A program made the translations under genes and the position numbers. Positions 49,004 through 62,600 of a stretch of DNA of 64,000 nt are shown piece by piece; within the stretch, counting starts at the first letter, position 1, and the number at the start of each line of letters is the position of its first letter. The notes beneath the pieces were generated by a model. The model did not search any database. It saw nothing but the letters and a program-made list of their open reading frames with translations, and was not told the origin of the DNA. The stretch covers positions 35,280,001 to 35,344,000 of the forward strand of contig NC_045697.1 of assembly GCF_009834535.1 (NCBI RefSeq), read 5' to 3'. The stretch comes from Camelus ferus (taxonomy: Eukaryota).

Positions 49004-50869
49004 GTAACAATGGGTAGCACTGTAATTTTCCCTCTTGAATGTATTTATGTACATATTTAGATGCATGAGATGCAAAGATACATAGGACACCATTCCTACT
49101 TTCAAAGAGCTCTCAGTCTAGAGGAAAGAATGCATTAGAAAGCTAACAAAATACACCGTAAATAACTGGTCCAGGTACTGAGGGAGCGGTGCGAGCCTTG
49201 CCTTGAGCCTTTACTAGTGTAAAGGACCTGACCTTGAAGGGCTGGGGAGGGGGTGGGAGAGGTCTACTTGGGCGGAAAGAACTGCAGTAACAAAGGTGAG
49301 GAGGAACTAGGTGTAGAGAAAAGGAGCTAACATTTATTGAGTTGTAAGCACAACCTTAGGTACGTAGTAGATACTTTGTAAATATTTGTTCAGTGAAGGG
49401 GCATCTTTGTTGAAAAAGGATCATTATAGCCATCTTGTAGATAAAGAAACCGAGGCTCAGAGAGATTAAATCATAGTTCTAGAGTCACATAGCTGGAAGT
49501 GGGAGGGTTAGATGTTGACCCCCAGCGGTCTGCCTAACAAGCTTACACTCTTTGCCCCATCCAGATGTCTGGCTAAAGTCTAGGGTGTGTAGTAAGGGAC
49601 GAGAGTGAGCATTGTAGCCAGAGGTGAACTTAGACACACAAGTTGAGACTGCAGCAGTCCCTAAATGACATTCTGAGGGACTTAAGCTGTCCTTAGAGGG
49701 GAGCCACCAAAGATCTTAAAGTAGGAGAGTAATGTCATTGGTCTTCATTTTAGGAACAAGGTAAGTGTGATAGGGTGAAGTTAGGGAGGGGGGATGGGGG
49801 CAGTGGGTATGAAAGTAGACTGATGGACAAGTTAGGAAAGGCTGTTGTACAGAGCTGATGAGGACGAACAGATTTGAGACTGAGCAGGGGCTGCAGAAAT
49901 GGAGACCAAGTGTGGAAGAGGCCTGGAAATGTGTCAGAGGAAGAGTCGCCATCACTCACTAACCAGATGGATTTGAGGGAAGGGAAGGGATGCAGGATGG
50001 TGCTGGGATGTCTAGCTTTGGTAAAGGATGATGCCACTGGCTGATCCAGGGAATGTAAGAAAAGGAACACAGACGGTGGGCAGAAGATAATATTCTGGAT
50101 ATTTTGAGTAGAGACATCCAAAGAGAGATGTGTAATGGAGAGCAGGAAATAGGAGATGAGCGCAAAGGAGAGGGACTGGAGCAAGAACTTAGTGGAAATC
50201 ATCAGCTTCTAAGAGACGGTTAGGGCCAGAAGGATGGGAGGGCCAGGGAGAGGTGTCCAATGAGAAGAGATGAGAGGAGCCTGGTGGAGGAGGGGAAGTC
50301 ATCAAACTAGGCAAAGGAAGAAAGGGCAGAGACTAGCAAAAGAGCCAGGGAGGGTGACGGAGGCCAAGGGAAGAGGCTGGGAGAGGGGGAGTTGGCTGAT
50401 GGAAGGTTCTCAGTGACCTCGCTGAGATCGGCTCCCCAAGAATGGATAGGGCAGAAGCCAGGTTGAGGATTGAAGAGTGAGTGAGTCATTCTGGAAGGCA
50501 GGTACAGCCTATTCTTTCAGAGTTTCACAGCATGAAAGGAGAGACTGGATAACTTGAGTAGAGCACTGAGGAGAGAAATCTTAGTGCAGTCCCATAGGAA
50601 GTTTTTGAGCTGGCAGCTGTCACGATCAGTTACAGAGGGAGAAAGCGAGTGAAGCAGACTTCTCTCTCTTCCACTCTTGGGCGAGGCAGCTTTCTTACAC
50701 ACAGGGGAGAATCTGACTTAATGGTGGCATCCTTTTCACCATTGTTAAAAGACTGGAGTATTGCAATATTGCTGTTCTTGGGGTGTGTCCTCCTGATTGC
50801 TTTATAATGATGTTCTCTTCAGGAGGGATAAAAATAGGACTGGACTTGTAGCAAAAGGCAGTAGCAGGT

Positions 50870-51110
50870 AGGCAAGTGCTCAATTCTTGAGCCAGGCTGC
50901 CTAGACTCAAAGCCTGGCTCTGTCACTTGCTGTGTGACCTTAGTCAGTTATCTAGCCTCTCTGTGGCCCAGTTTCCTCATCTGAAAATAAGAATGGTAAT
51001 AGTGCTACGATAGTGGCAGATTGTTGTGAGGATTACTTGAGTTAATACAACAATGTGAAGAACTCGGGACAATGGCTGGCACAGAGCCAGCCCCAGGGAA
51101 GTATCAGCTG
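50870..51110. mobile_element. MIR (similar MIR remnants at ~8420-8580, 14560-14700, 23450-23560, 49430-49550, 61120-61240)
   Basis: MIR core ctctctgtg-cccagtttcctcatctgaaaa. Confidence 0.75.
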
Positions 51111-51260
51111 TTACTGTTAATAGTTATGCCAAGGGTCTTGGGCGTCAGTGTTGGAAAGGACCCTGGGGTTTAACTGACCATGACCTTGCCACCTGCCACC
51201 AGCTCATGTCGCTGCTGTGATTGCGTTGTCTGTTCTTCATCAACATGAAATTCTTTTAAG

Positions 51261-51422
51261 ATTTGCGCGAAACAGACCCTGCAGATGAATATTTGCTTTT
51301 CACGATTAGAAGAGGCTGTTCTGAAGTTGAAAAACAATGGCCTCTCCTGCAGGGTACTAAGGAAGAAGATACTCCTTAGGAGAAACTGGTTTTGGTGCAG
51401 TAAAACTCTGAAGCACGTGCTC
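51261..51422 (+). pseudogene. Pseudo-exon (LRETDPADEYLLFTIRRGCSEVEKQWPLLQGTKEEDTP*EKLVLVQ*NSEA..), phase 1/1
   Basis: ttcttttaag| ... donor gtaatt (or gtgctc 6 nt earlier, same phase). Confidence 0.55.
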
Positions 51423-51999
51423 GTAATTGTAATACGGCAGGGGGATGGGGGTTTAACGTGCTATTAAATATCTGGCTCTTTGGATTTATTTTAACTGGTG
51501 AGGGAAGCTATGCTTCATATCTGTCTTAAAACATTATTCCTCTAAAATACTCCAAAGCACCAAAGCAAAACATCTGGTACCAGGCAGTGTGCAAAAATAA
51601 CCTTTTATCTTGCTGCTATTAAAAAAATTTTTTTTCGATTTACAATGTTGTATTAGCTTCTGGTGTGCAGCATGGTGATTCAGTTATATGTTCATATATA
51701 CATACTCTTTTTCATTACAGGTTTACTACATGCCATTGAATGTAGTTCTCAGTAGGACCTTGTTGCTTATCTATTTTATATATAGAAGTTCATATCTGCA
51801 AATCTCAAACTCCCATGTCTTCGGCAACACGGGCTGTGATTTGAAACTGCTCTACTGCACTTGCCACCTGCTGGCCAAGTCTCAGTACAGCCCACAGCCC
51901 CGTGACCACACTGGTCAGCCTCTGATGGAGCGCTCTCAAAAGGCTGCAAAAAGATACCCTCATTTCTTTCTATTAAGAAAATATATTGCCATTTTGTTG

Positions 52000-52128
52000 T
52001 TTGGGTTATTTTGCAGGGTGGGGAGGTAATTAGGTTTATTTATTTATTTTTCGTGGAGGTACTGGTTCAACCCAGGACCTCATGCATGCTAAGCATGCGC
52101 TTTACCACTTGAGCTGTACCCTCCCCCG
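52000..52128 (-). mobile_element. tRNA-derived SINE
   Basis: Same consensus as the other copies. Confidence 0.85.
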
Positions 52129-54240
52129 TACACTGCCACTTTAACTTACACCCTGGCCAGGTCCTGGCTTTGTGGGACCTGTAGTTTATTCAGTTCAGGA
52201 GACCCTCTTTTAGAGGAAAGAATACAAACTTAAAAATACAAAGTCAAAGTTGGAAGAGACTATTTTAAAATGAGGAAAGAAATGACAATGGTTACAAATT
52301 TCAAAATGCTGACAAATGCCACAAATAAAATATTTTTTATTAATTAGTTATCTTATACACCTCCCTAACACTCTTTTTTCCTACATTAAAAAATTCTTTG
52401 TCCCTTCATAAAAAAGATTTTGTAATATTTTCTCTGGTGAGAATAGAAATTTAATTCAGATTTTCCTTGATTATGGTTCATCAAAAATTTTTCTCCTGTT
52501 GATAGCTGAGAACTTCCCTCAGCTTCACAATCTGTACGGTCATGTGCATTTTACATTGGTGGGGAAATTTGGGGAAATGCCTATGATCCATATATGAGAT
52601 TTCAGGACATTTTCTAATTTTCTGGTATAAGATGTAAACTTGAATACTGTTTGAATTGATAGCTCTTATTAACCGGTTTATTGCTATGTCCCCCTTGCAG
52701 TGATATGTGATGATTTCTATTATCTTTTTAGATGGCAGCATTTCATGTCAAAATTGCAAGAAATCAAAGTATTTTTCCAATCAAATATATTTTTCACTTC
52801 TCTTCCTTAATGGGATTATCGAGCAATCTCAAAATCGATTTATTACTTCCATTTGAAAATTTTCTCTTTCTCTTGATGAATTATTGCTTTTGGTCTGATC
52901 TGGAATTCTTTGGTCACAATTTGCTTTTCAATGTCAGAAAAATTCTAATTTCTATTGGTTTCATTCTTGATAATAACCATATTTCATATTCCACTAATTT
53001 TTTTAATCTGAATTTTCTTTCAGATGATAACTAGGTGAAGTGATGGGAGTGTTAGCTAACTTTATTGTGACAATCATTTCACAACAGATACATATATCAC
53101 CATGTTGTACACCTTAAGTTTATACAGCTTTGTCAATTATACCTCAATGATGTTGGGGAAATGTTTTCCTTTTGGCTTTTTAATAAAATAAATAATTCAA
53201 ATGCTGTCTGTCACTTCTCACTTGTTTTACTGAAACTTTCCAAAACAACTTTCAAAATTGTAGCTGACACAGTCCCCACTCTGTTTCTCCTCAGCAGGAC
53301 CTAAAACTGCCTGTAATCACTCTAATGTCTTTGATATAAGGGAAATGACAGACAGGAAGTCAAGATGGAAGGGGACAGCTATCTGAACCAATTGGGGTTA
53401 AAATATCTTACTTTTGAAAAGTTTACGTAAATGTCTGAGCACATTGCTGGGAACCCCTGCGGGGTCACTGGCTTCACAGCGCATTTTCCACCCCTCACTG
53501 TAACTCCTTCCATTCCCAGGAAGTGCCAGGGTTTGGGGACAACTTTGTACTATTTATTGATTCCATTCTGCTGTTCCTGTCCGTGCAGAAAACTGCTTTA
53601 GTTTAGATCAGGTGGATGGAAAGTCTAAAATAGAGACAATTCAGAATTAGGAAATATTTTAAAATGCACATTAAAAAATAGACAAATCTAACATTATATT
53701 TGGTGATTTCAACTCTTTCAGTAACTGATGGAGTGGGTAGGCAGTAAGGACACAGTAAACTTGAACAACATAACGAGTGAACGTGCCCTAATTGATATTT
53801 ATAGAACACTGCATACTTGAAAATGTGCATTTAAAGGTATGAAGCAGAAATCAAGAAACTGGTCTAGATTTGTCTCTGCAATAACTTGACCTTGGGTATG
53901 TCACTTATATGTCTGTAAAATGAAAGAAATGCGGATCTGCTTAACTAAATAACTAGATGGTTTCTAAGATCTCCTTTAATTCTAAAACTCTATGAACTTG
54001 ATATACATATGGAACACATACTGGGCTGTTTGCAAGAAGAGAGCAAATCAGACTTTTTCTTAAAGAAAAAACTTGCAATAATTATTTGCAATTCGTGTGA
54101 TTATTTCTTGTGTGCTACTAAGCTTGAAAATTTTGGTTTAATAAATGGGTTAAACATTTGCTCTCTCTATATTATTATATATATTATATTTAATATCTAT
54201 ATTATTAATAGGCTTAGAATCCCACATTCTTCTATTATAG

Positions 54241-54308
54241 TGTACAATTTACTTACAGCCCAACTCTATGGTGTTACCACTGATTCAATGTTATCAAGAT
54301 AATATTGT
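54241..54308 (+). pseudogene. Pseudo-exon (YNLLTAQLYGVTTDSMLSR*YC), phase 1/0
   Basis: ttctattatag| ... TTGT|gtgagt. Confidence 0.6.
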
Positions 54309-54588
54309 GTGAGTATATGTCTAGGCATAGCATCATTGGATCATTAGGCTTTTTTTTATTGTTGAAAATATGCCACCTTCTGGTGAAAAAGTATTTTTTT
54401 TAAAATAATTTAAATTAAAAAAAAAAGGCCCTTTACTATAATCTCAAATTTTACTGTATTCTCAAATTTTATTGTCTCTTGGAAAGATCAATGCTACTTC
54501 CATCTGGCCAGCCAGTCTGCAAGTCTTTAGATTTCTGAAAGCAGGTGTTGAAGCCTGAGTGTTGGGACCCCAGTTCATTTTCTCCCAG

Positions 54589-54934
54589 AAGGCCCTGGGC
54601 TCCTTATGCAAATTCATTCCATCCTCCCCCAGCAAACTGCTTTGCATTCTGGAGGTCTCCCCGGTGAACAGTTCCAGGATTCCTCCTGCTACACCCTTTG
54701 CCCTCCTTCAACGCTTCCTGGACAATGCATTGCATAAGTAAGAGGGGCGGATCAATTGATTCTTTCCAGGACAACAAGGTGTGCTGCGACGTCCTCCACA
54801 GGACAGAGGACCAGCTAGAATAACTGAGCACCTTTGCTCATCAGGCCTCTCGTTTCAAGTTGGCCTTAGTAAAGTGCTCATCACATAGACAATCCAACGC
54901 ACACATCTGGGGCACACAACACCACATAATGAGG
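54589..54934 (+). pseudogene. Pseudo-exon (KALGSLCKFIPSSPSKLLCILEV...FALLQRFLDNALHK*...RITEHLCSSGLSFQVGLSKVLIT*TIQR..), phase 0/1
   Basis: ttttctcccag| ... GAGG|gtgggg; three stops in 115 codons. Confidence 0.58.
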
Positions 54935-55343
54935 GTGGGGATGTCTTGGCCTCTAGGAACACTTTATAGGACAATACATCTGCCCTTTCATGCCTCCTTG
55001 CTCCAATCTTCCCCAGGGAGATGCAGGTGGCTTGGGAAGGAGTTGCTGGCATCCAACCCTCAGATCTTCTTCTTCCCTTTCTCTGGGATCAGCCTGCAGA
55101 AAGCACATGCCTTGTTCTGCAATTGGCTACCCAATAAAGACTCTGTCTGGTGGGGTGAGACCTGCAGTTTTCTAGGTCGGCTTGTGGCTGAGTGGGTGGG
55201 TGAGTCTGTCTAATCCTTGGTTTCAATTGTTAGGACACCCACTGTTGCTGCCCAGCTAAAGCACATGGTCCCATTCAGTTTTTCCAATAATTAAGCTGCT
55301 CATTTTTTTTGACCTCCATCTGTTTGCTCCCTTTGTATCTCAG

Positions 55344-55482
55344 ACAGTTCCGAGATTGGGTGGGGAAGAAGGGTGCTGTTATTGACTCCTTCGAACCTCG
55401 CACTATGTGTCAAGACACAGGGAATTAAACTAAGACACAGTTCCTTCCCAGCATGGGTGGACAATATAGCAACTGTGAAGAG
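55344..55482 (+). pseudogene. Pseudo-exon (SSEIGWGRRVLLLTPSNLALCVKTQGIKLRHSSFPAWVDNIATVK), phase 1/2, open
   Basis: ttgtatctcag| ... AAGAG|gtaaaa. Confidence 0.65.
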
Positions 55483-56315
55483 GTAAAAATTACAAACTTG
55501 CAAGGGTAACACACACCCAAAACGAGGCAGTCCTAATCCTTTCCTGCTTTATCCACCAGCATGTTATTCCACCTCGGAATGAGTCATCTCATGGGACTAC
55601 TCCAGACTGAACTGCATATAGTGAAGTTAGTGGTGTGGGGAGTATTGCAAAAGATTCTCCAGGTGTGTGTTTGGATGCTTTTCTAATAAAGATGGAACAG
55701 TTTTTAAAAAACAGAATGGGAGAGAATAGACAGAGAGGTGCAGGAAGAGGAGGAGGGAGCAAACTGGAAACATGTCAAGCAGACCCTGGAGCTGAGCTTA
55801 TTCTGACTTGCCGGGGAGCTGTGGAGAACATCATCACATCTGCCGTGTCCTGCCCGTGTAAGTCAGCAAGTGTCCCTTGATCGTGTGCTAAGTGGCAGGT
55901 ACATGTCACATTCTTTGTCCTTGATTTCAAAGTCCCTCCATTGGGCTGTGCTGGCATGCTGGGTGAAACTTTTGTTTTAGATCAACCAATTACCCCCTGA
56001 GCCCCAAATACAACTTCACTTTTCCTGACTTTGTCCCTTTTCTAGATGTCAGTCCATTTACCTGGAACGGCCTTTCCCTAATCCCTGCCCTTTGTAATCT
56101 TCTCCATCCTTCTAAGTCCACCTGCCTTGATAATCTTAGATGTGAGCTTTCGCTCTGTGTAAGAAAGACCCATCTTTGGCTATTTCTGGATCTGTTTGCT
56201 TAGTGACTTATCTGCTGAATTTCATTTTCTTCTCCAGGTTTCTCTAGTGGGGCCCCTGAATTGGTTTCTCATAGTTCTGTCATGTCAGGAGTCTAATTTA
56301 AAATGACTTCACAGA

Positions 56316-56583
56316 GGTGAGCGTAGCGCTCAGTGGTAGAGCATGCTTAGCATGCATGAGGTCCTGGGTTCAATCCCCAGTACCTCTGTTAACAAAAATG
56401 AATAAATTTTATTGTGTTTTTTTTGGCAGGGGGAGGTAATTAGGTTTATTTATTTATTTTACTGGAGGGACTGGGGATTGAACCCAGGACCTTTTGCATG
56501 CTAAGCACATGCTCTACCACTAAGCTATACCCTCCCCCTGTAAAAATGAATAAATTTAAAAAAATAAAATAAATAAAAATAAA
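56316..56583. mobile_element. Plus-strand SINE carrying a nested minus-strand SINE
   Basis: Outer TSD taaaatgacttcacaga (56299-56315, 56584-56600); inner TSD aaaaatgaataaattt (56394-56409, 56542-56557). Confidence 0.92.
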
Positions 56584-57129
56584 TAAAATGACTTCACAGA
56601 CACAGAGCAATCTCTCACACTTCTCAAAAGACACGTGTGTGGATAGCTACTTGATTCATTTGTTAATGTATCTTGTTTGTTTCAGTTCAGATCATATACT
56701 TTTGGAGGGATGTATATTTTGCATCTTCTAAGATACTTACTTAACAATTGATGCTCAATTAGTGGCAGAAGAGAATGAATAGATTCTCCCTGAATTCTGG
56801 AAGACATAAATCAAAGAAGTCTACTATAAAGCCCCAAATACTTAATCCTAAAACTTTGTATGCATTTGGCATCCCTGTCTGAAGCATACCCATATTTATT
56901 TAACATAAAAATGTTATGAATTGCTTATACTAGGTGAACTTAATGCTTTGAAAAGCTGTGCAATATTGAATTTCTGAGTCTATTTATCCTCTGATACATG
57001 GCCACTGTTGTGTATTCCAGTTTGAGAAGCATGGTTAATAGATGTTCAATAAATATTTCTTGGATGAATAAATGAATGAAAAATCTGATAATACTAATGG
57101 GAATCTTGTATTTAGGTAGCTCCTTCCAG

Positions 57130-57202
57130 AGATTTACATACTGAGTTACTGTCTTCTGGGGAGCTAACTCACCAGCAAGAGTTTGATCTGCACTTCTTTC
57201 AA
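57130..57202 (+). pseudogene. Pseudo-exon (DLHTELLSSGELTHQQEFDLHFFQ), phase 2/0, open
   Basis: ctccttccag| ... CAA|gtcagg. Confidence 0.6.
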
Positions 57203-57639
57203 GTCAGGCCACCGAGGGCAAGGATGCAATCATTTCTTGCTATAATTAGCTTCCCTTTATAGGTGGGAAAGTGGAGGCTTAGGCAAGTAAATGAGCACCA
57301 CATTAGCTGCAAGTAAAATAGACCGTAATAGCCATGACTCCCAGGGCCCGCAGTGCCCCCAGCTCAGGCCTTCACAGGGCCCTCTTCCTGCTGGGTTGAC
57401 ATTGCTTGAGCACTTGAAACTCCACCACTGGGCCAAGAGCTCCTCCTTGCCCAGATGATGTCTTGATCATCTCTGTGCAGTCAGGCTCCCAGGAAGTGTG
57501 AGAATGAATAAGGAAACACGTATAAATCCAATAAATTGCTGAATGAGTCTTGATTTTCCAGGCCTGGCTTCTAAGTAAGTTTTTTTTTTTTTTAAACTTG
57601 TGGTAAGATGGTTTTTTTCTTTTTTTTTTTTTAGTTATT

Positions 57640-57760
57640 ATTTTTTTGGCTGGAGGAGGTAATTAGGTTTATTTTTATTTTTAAAGGAGGTCCTGGGGAT
57701 CGAGCCCAGGACCTTGTGTATGCTAAGAATGCGATCAACCACTTGAGCTACACCCTCTCC
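57640..57760 (-). mobile_element. tRNA-derived SINE
   Basis: Same consensus, T-rich tail. Confidence 0.82.
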
Positions 57761-58003
57761 TAGGCGTTCTTAATTATAAGTCTAAATGAAAGAAAATCTA
57801 AATGCTTGTATTAGAACATGAACTCAATATTTCTTCAGACTTTCTTATTCTATTTTTGTTGTATTGAAAATGTTCACTCAAGCAGATCTTCTTTACTTTG
57901 GATTAATTCCCTTCGATTCTTTGGGAAGCCCTCGTGACCCAGGCCATGGTGATTGTTTTTTGCTGGTCTCTGAGAACAGGCACTTCTGCATCTTCTCTTG
58001 CAG

Positions 58004-58089
58004 GAACAAAGCTTACTCGTCTTCTGTGGGGAGAACACTAATGGTCCCAGCCACCACTCTTACAGGACACTGAATTAAACTAGCTGTAG
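58004..58089 (+). pseudogene. Pseudo-exon (EQSLLVFCGENTNGPSHHSYRTLN*TSC), phase 0/2
   Basis: tcttctcttgcag| ... GTAG|gtagat; TAA at 58076-58078. Confidence 0.62.
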
Positions 58090-59577
58090 GTAGATTTAAG
58101 GAGAGCCCCTTGCTAACTATTTTAGAGATACAGATGGCAATTCTACAGCTTATAATAGTTTTTAAAAACAGCTTGATTGAGATACAGATCACATACCATA
58201 AAATTCACCTATTTATATCAGTCAGTAGCTCTTGGTGGATATGCAGAATTGTGCAACCATTACCACCCTCAATTTTGGAACATTTCCCCAGAAAGAACCA
58301 TCTACCTTTTGGCCATCACTCCCCAATTTCTCCCCCAGCGGGGAAACTAGCTGTGTGCATGATGAGAAATCTCTGTGGCAAGTACAAGAGTTGGCTTTGT
58401 TTGAATATGCATTAGTCAGGATCACTGTGTTTCCAAGTGACAGAAATCCAGTTAAACTGGCCTGGGCAAAAAGAAAGATTTATTAGTAGGATTCATGACA
58501 ACTTCAAACAAGTAAACCACAGGGAGGACATACAGGCAGCTGGGTCTTAGAAACAAATAGAACGAGGGACTTGAACTTGGCCAAGACTCTTCTTTGTTTT
58601 CTGTGCTTCTTTTCATTTTTTTCTCTCAAAGAAACCACTTTCTCCCACAGGATGGGAAACAGTAGCATCTCCCCTGCCTCCCATTGCATGCCCTTCACCA
58701 CCAGGGAACTTAAAAGCAATTCTGACCCCTGAAACCTCCAACATGCACAAATGCCCCTGGAAGATGACCAGGCCAACCTGCCAAAATTATTATTGATTTG
58801 TGGGGTGGGTTTTCTTCTAGGGGCTATGATGATGTTGTGCTTCAAACGTAGGATGATCTATACAAGAGAAATGGTGGTTAATGACAGCCAACATCTGGTT
58901 ACAAATTAAAAATGGAAAGTGATACAAATTAAGAGGCATGTTTACTTCACACTATGTGCTTAAAATCCAATAATAGTCATGATGCAGATATAGGGGTACG
59001 ATCAAATCTGTGGGAGAGATCATAAAAATAAGGTTAGAAACAAGGATGAAATAAGGATGGAAAGTTAAGTGTCACATAGTCAGGACAAAACAAGCTGTGT
59101 GTGGAGCCTTTAGGAAGTGTCCTTCAGGGATATCCTTTTTCTTTCTACCCCCTCTTTCTTATTCTTGATGGTCTGAATGAGGATGTGAAGCCTGGGGCTG
59201 AAGCAGTTATCCTAAATCACAAAGTGGAATCTGTCTGTTGGGCATGGTGAGCAAGGGGATTGAAAGGGCTGGGTTCCGGATGGCTGTGGAGCCATCGAAC
59301 CAGCCCGGGGTTACTCATGCCAAAGTTTCTATGAGAGAGACAAGCCTCAGTCTTGTCCAAGCCACTGTTCTTTTGGAACTTCTGTTATACTTGGTCAAAC
59401 TTTGGGATGAAAAATTGCAATAAAGTATTTCCTAGTCTAATAACTTTTCAATCTCAATGGATTACACTGACAGGGTAGCACAATGATTTTTGCAGATAAA
59501 GTCTCAAAAAAAAAAAAAAACCCAAAAACCAAAACCCTTACTTCCTATGTGTTTGTTGCTGACGAAATGAATCACAG

Positions 59578-59667
59578 AGCTGCTGTGGTACAAAATGTCT
59601 CCCGAGATTTGGGTTCCTTTATTTTTTATACCATCTACACAAAGGAGTAACTCTTGCCAAGCAGAGA
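59578..59667 (+). pseudogene. Pseudo-exon (AAVVQNVSRDLGSFIFYTIYTKE*LLPSR), phase 2/2
   Basis: atcacag| ... GAGA|gtaaac; one stop. Confidence 0.5.
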
Positions 59668-62600
59668 GTAAACTTTTTTAAATTGACGCATGCGCACTAC
59701 ATCTAAGGCTTCCTTATCTTAATTACATTCAGACCCTCCTGTTCCCAGGCCTGTTCCTTTTGAGGAACTAATAAACAGCAATGTTTCCCCTGGGAACGGG
59801 CAGAGTCACTTGGCAGGAATTTCTGTTTGCAGACAAGTCCGGCCACTTCTGTGAAATGTCCCGCGTGCAGGCACACCCACAGTTTCTATGCTAAGTTTCC
59901 TTCATGTGTTCTTTCTCAGGAAGTCACTGGAGTAAACCAAGTAAGAGGAAGACAAGGGATTCTGGCAATGGGGACCCTACACAAGAGAGAGGTGAAACCA
60001 TCTCTCAGATGGGGCTGGAGGGAAGCACCCCCTCCCTCCCAGACAGCAGGTGTGTGGCCAGCCTGGAGAGCAGCCTGTCCAGACTGGAGCGCACCAGGAG
60101 AGAGGACTCTCAGGAGAAGGAGGACTGCTAGAAGATCTCGCGGGTTTGACCATCAGGGTTTTACAGCTCTGGGGGATAATTTGAAAATGAATTTGTGATT
60201 GTCACAAGTGAGCAAATGAAAAAAAATCAATTATAAACTAAGGAGGACACAAAAATTACATGAAAAGTAAAATATCATCGCGGTATCCTCATAGCTCAGC
60301 AGCGACATAATCCTACTTCAATAAACACACTACGGAGTTAATAAAAGCTGTGAAATAATTGAAACAACCGTACTGGATGGAAGGAGGTAGGATCGTGTGT
60401 GTGAGTGTATGGCCGTTGCGGGTGTGGGTGTTCGTGTGTAGGGAGAAGAGATGTGAACTCCCATTTTCTACAATAAAAAAATCAGTAACGTCTAATTTTT
60501 TAAAAAATCAAGAAGTAGAGATATGGAAGTAAATACCAAAGAAACAGCTGAAGAGTTGAAACTGGTTGCCTCTGAGGAATCGGAATCAGGGCTGGGAGGA
60601 GTGGGCCAAGGGGAAGATGTTTTGTCCTGACTATGTGACACTTAAAACTAAGTATTCTATTACTTTGATAAGAGTACAACTAAATTAATGAAATGAAATA
60701 AAACTACTTGACTCTATAATCTCTAAGCTCCTTGGAGAGAGGTTAGATTGAATGTAAGAACACCAGAAACAAATGAGGAGAAGAGAGGACATTTTTAGGA
60801 AGAATTAGTCTGCAAAACAGAATCCTAGTTCAAAACGATTCATGTAGCTTTGTCTTTGTTATTTATCAATAAGAAAAAAATGTCTATTCATTCACTCATC
60901 CATTCATTCATGAACAAATGTCTATCGAGGGCCTGGTATATGCCACAGTCCACACCGAGGGCCAGGCCTACAAAGACTAGCTTGGCTTAGTGCCCACCGC
61001 ATGGAGTTTACACTCTAATCTTGGCGCGCCCTACTCTGCTCACTGCAAAGTAAATATATCCTACTCTGGGCTAACTATTTTCTATATAGTAACACAAACC
61101 TTCACTATGACTCCACAAAGGCAGCCTTACAGATGAGGAAACTAGGCTCAGAAAGGCTAAGTCCCTTGGTCAACTTCATCGGGAGGCTGGAGTCAAGATC
61201 TGAACCCAGGGCAGATGGATTCCACAACCCATTCTCCTTCCACCGCCCTCCCTGACACTCTCAGGGAGGTTAGTGAGGATGACAGCTACTGTTCATCCAG
61301 TGCCTGTTACGCACCAGGCATTGGGCTAAGGGCTTTACACTCATTTGTTCTGACTTATGTTTAAGAAGACTGTTGGTGCTGAAAAATGCCAGTCACCTGC
61401 TCCCCCAGGCATCCTTGCATCAAGGGCATCTGGTCTAATCTCCATCAGACTTTGACTCAGAAGCCAGTGACGCCAAAGGAAAAGATGGGAGCAATCCTTT
61501 GGCAGCGTGGAAATGCCACTCAGATCTCCCGTCAAGAGACCTGCTGTGGGGGTATAATTAACTGAAAGCTGTTGACAGCCTTTTGCAGCATTCACGACAA
61601 GTCTCTGCTTTAACCAAGCAGCTTGATTCAGTGCAAGGGAACAGAGCGGGTGCAGGAGCTGGGCTATTCCTCTCCAATGTGGGATGCTCCAGAGGCTCCT
61701 GTTCTGCCTGTTGGAGACTTTCACAGAAGTCACTATGGCCTGAGGCTCTTCTTACCCGAACCTGCCTCCTTCCTTCTCTCTTTTCACAGGTATCAGCCCT
61801 GCACCGTGGTCTGAATGCTCTTCCTTCCTACTCTTGCTCCCTCCCCCTTTGTCTTTTCTGGGCATTTCCCTCAATCAGTCTCTTCCACTTCTAATTCTGT
61901 CTTCACGTCTGCTTCTCCAGGGGCCCAAACTGACCCAGGCTCTCTGGAGGTGGTGGCAGAAATGGCAGCTGAAAAGGCAGGCTCTGGGGCAGTGGTGGCT
62001 TGGACGCCCATAGCAGAGGCTATTGTGAAATTGCTGAGTGCCCAGCCTGGACAGGACTATGGAGCAAACTATGACGTCCCGGCTCAACGTAGCAGAGCCT
62101 CTCTCTACAGTTATACGGCAGGGATTTTCGGCTACTGTTCTTGGAATTTTAGCCAAGAGTTACTCCACGGCTGAGCTGTGATTTAAAAAAAATTTTTTTT
62201 TTAATTGGAATGAGCTGTGATTTGAATACAGGTTGGTTTATTTCCAAGGTCCTACTCTTAATATTTGCATTACGTTCCTCATTTTGCCAGTTCAAAAGAA
62301 CGTGGAGATCGCACGTGTAACTTTAGTTGGAAATCCAACAGTGGGCTCTGGGAGTTCAGGCTGGCTCCGTGCCTGTACTGATTTCTCTAGTTGGTGTTTA
62401 CTGAACAAATATTCGTTTGGGGCAGCATAATTGTTCCTAGAGGAGAAATTAGTTCAAGCCCCACACTTGCATTTTGTAACCTGAGTAGTCTTCTTTCTGT
62501 CTTTCCTGTGCCCAGAGGGACATAGGATGAATGCTCAAAGGCATTCGCTTTCACTTTTATACCCCCTTAACTTCTGGGGAAAACACTGGACGTGGGTGTC

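Noticed and set aside
54738..54769. gtaaga...ttccag mini-intron
   Set aside because: Only ~32 nt; treating 54589-54934 as one exon gives matching phases.
61341..62174. Cluster of 100-130 aa ORFs
   Set aside because: Lies in LTR-like sequence with no fitting splice sites or recognisable protein.
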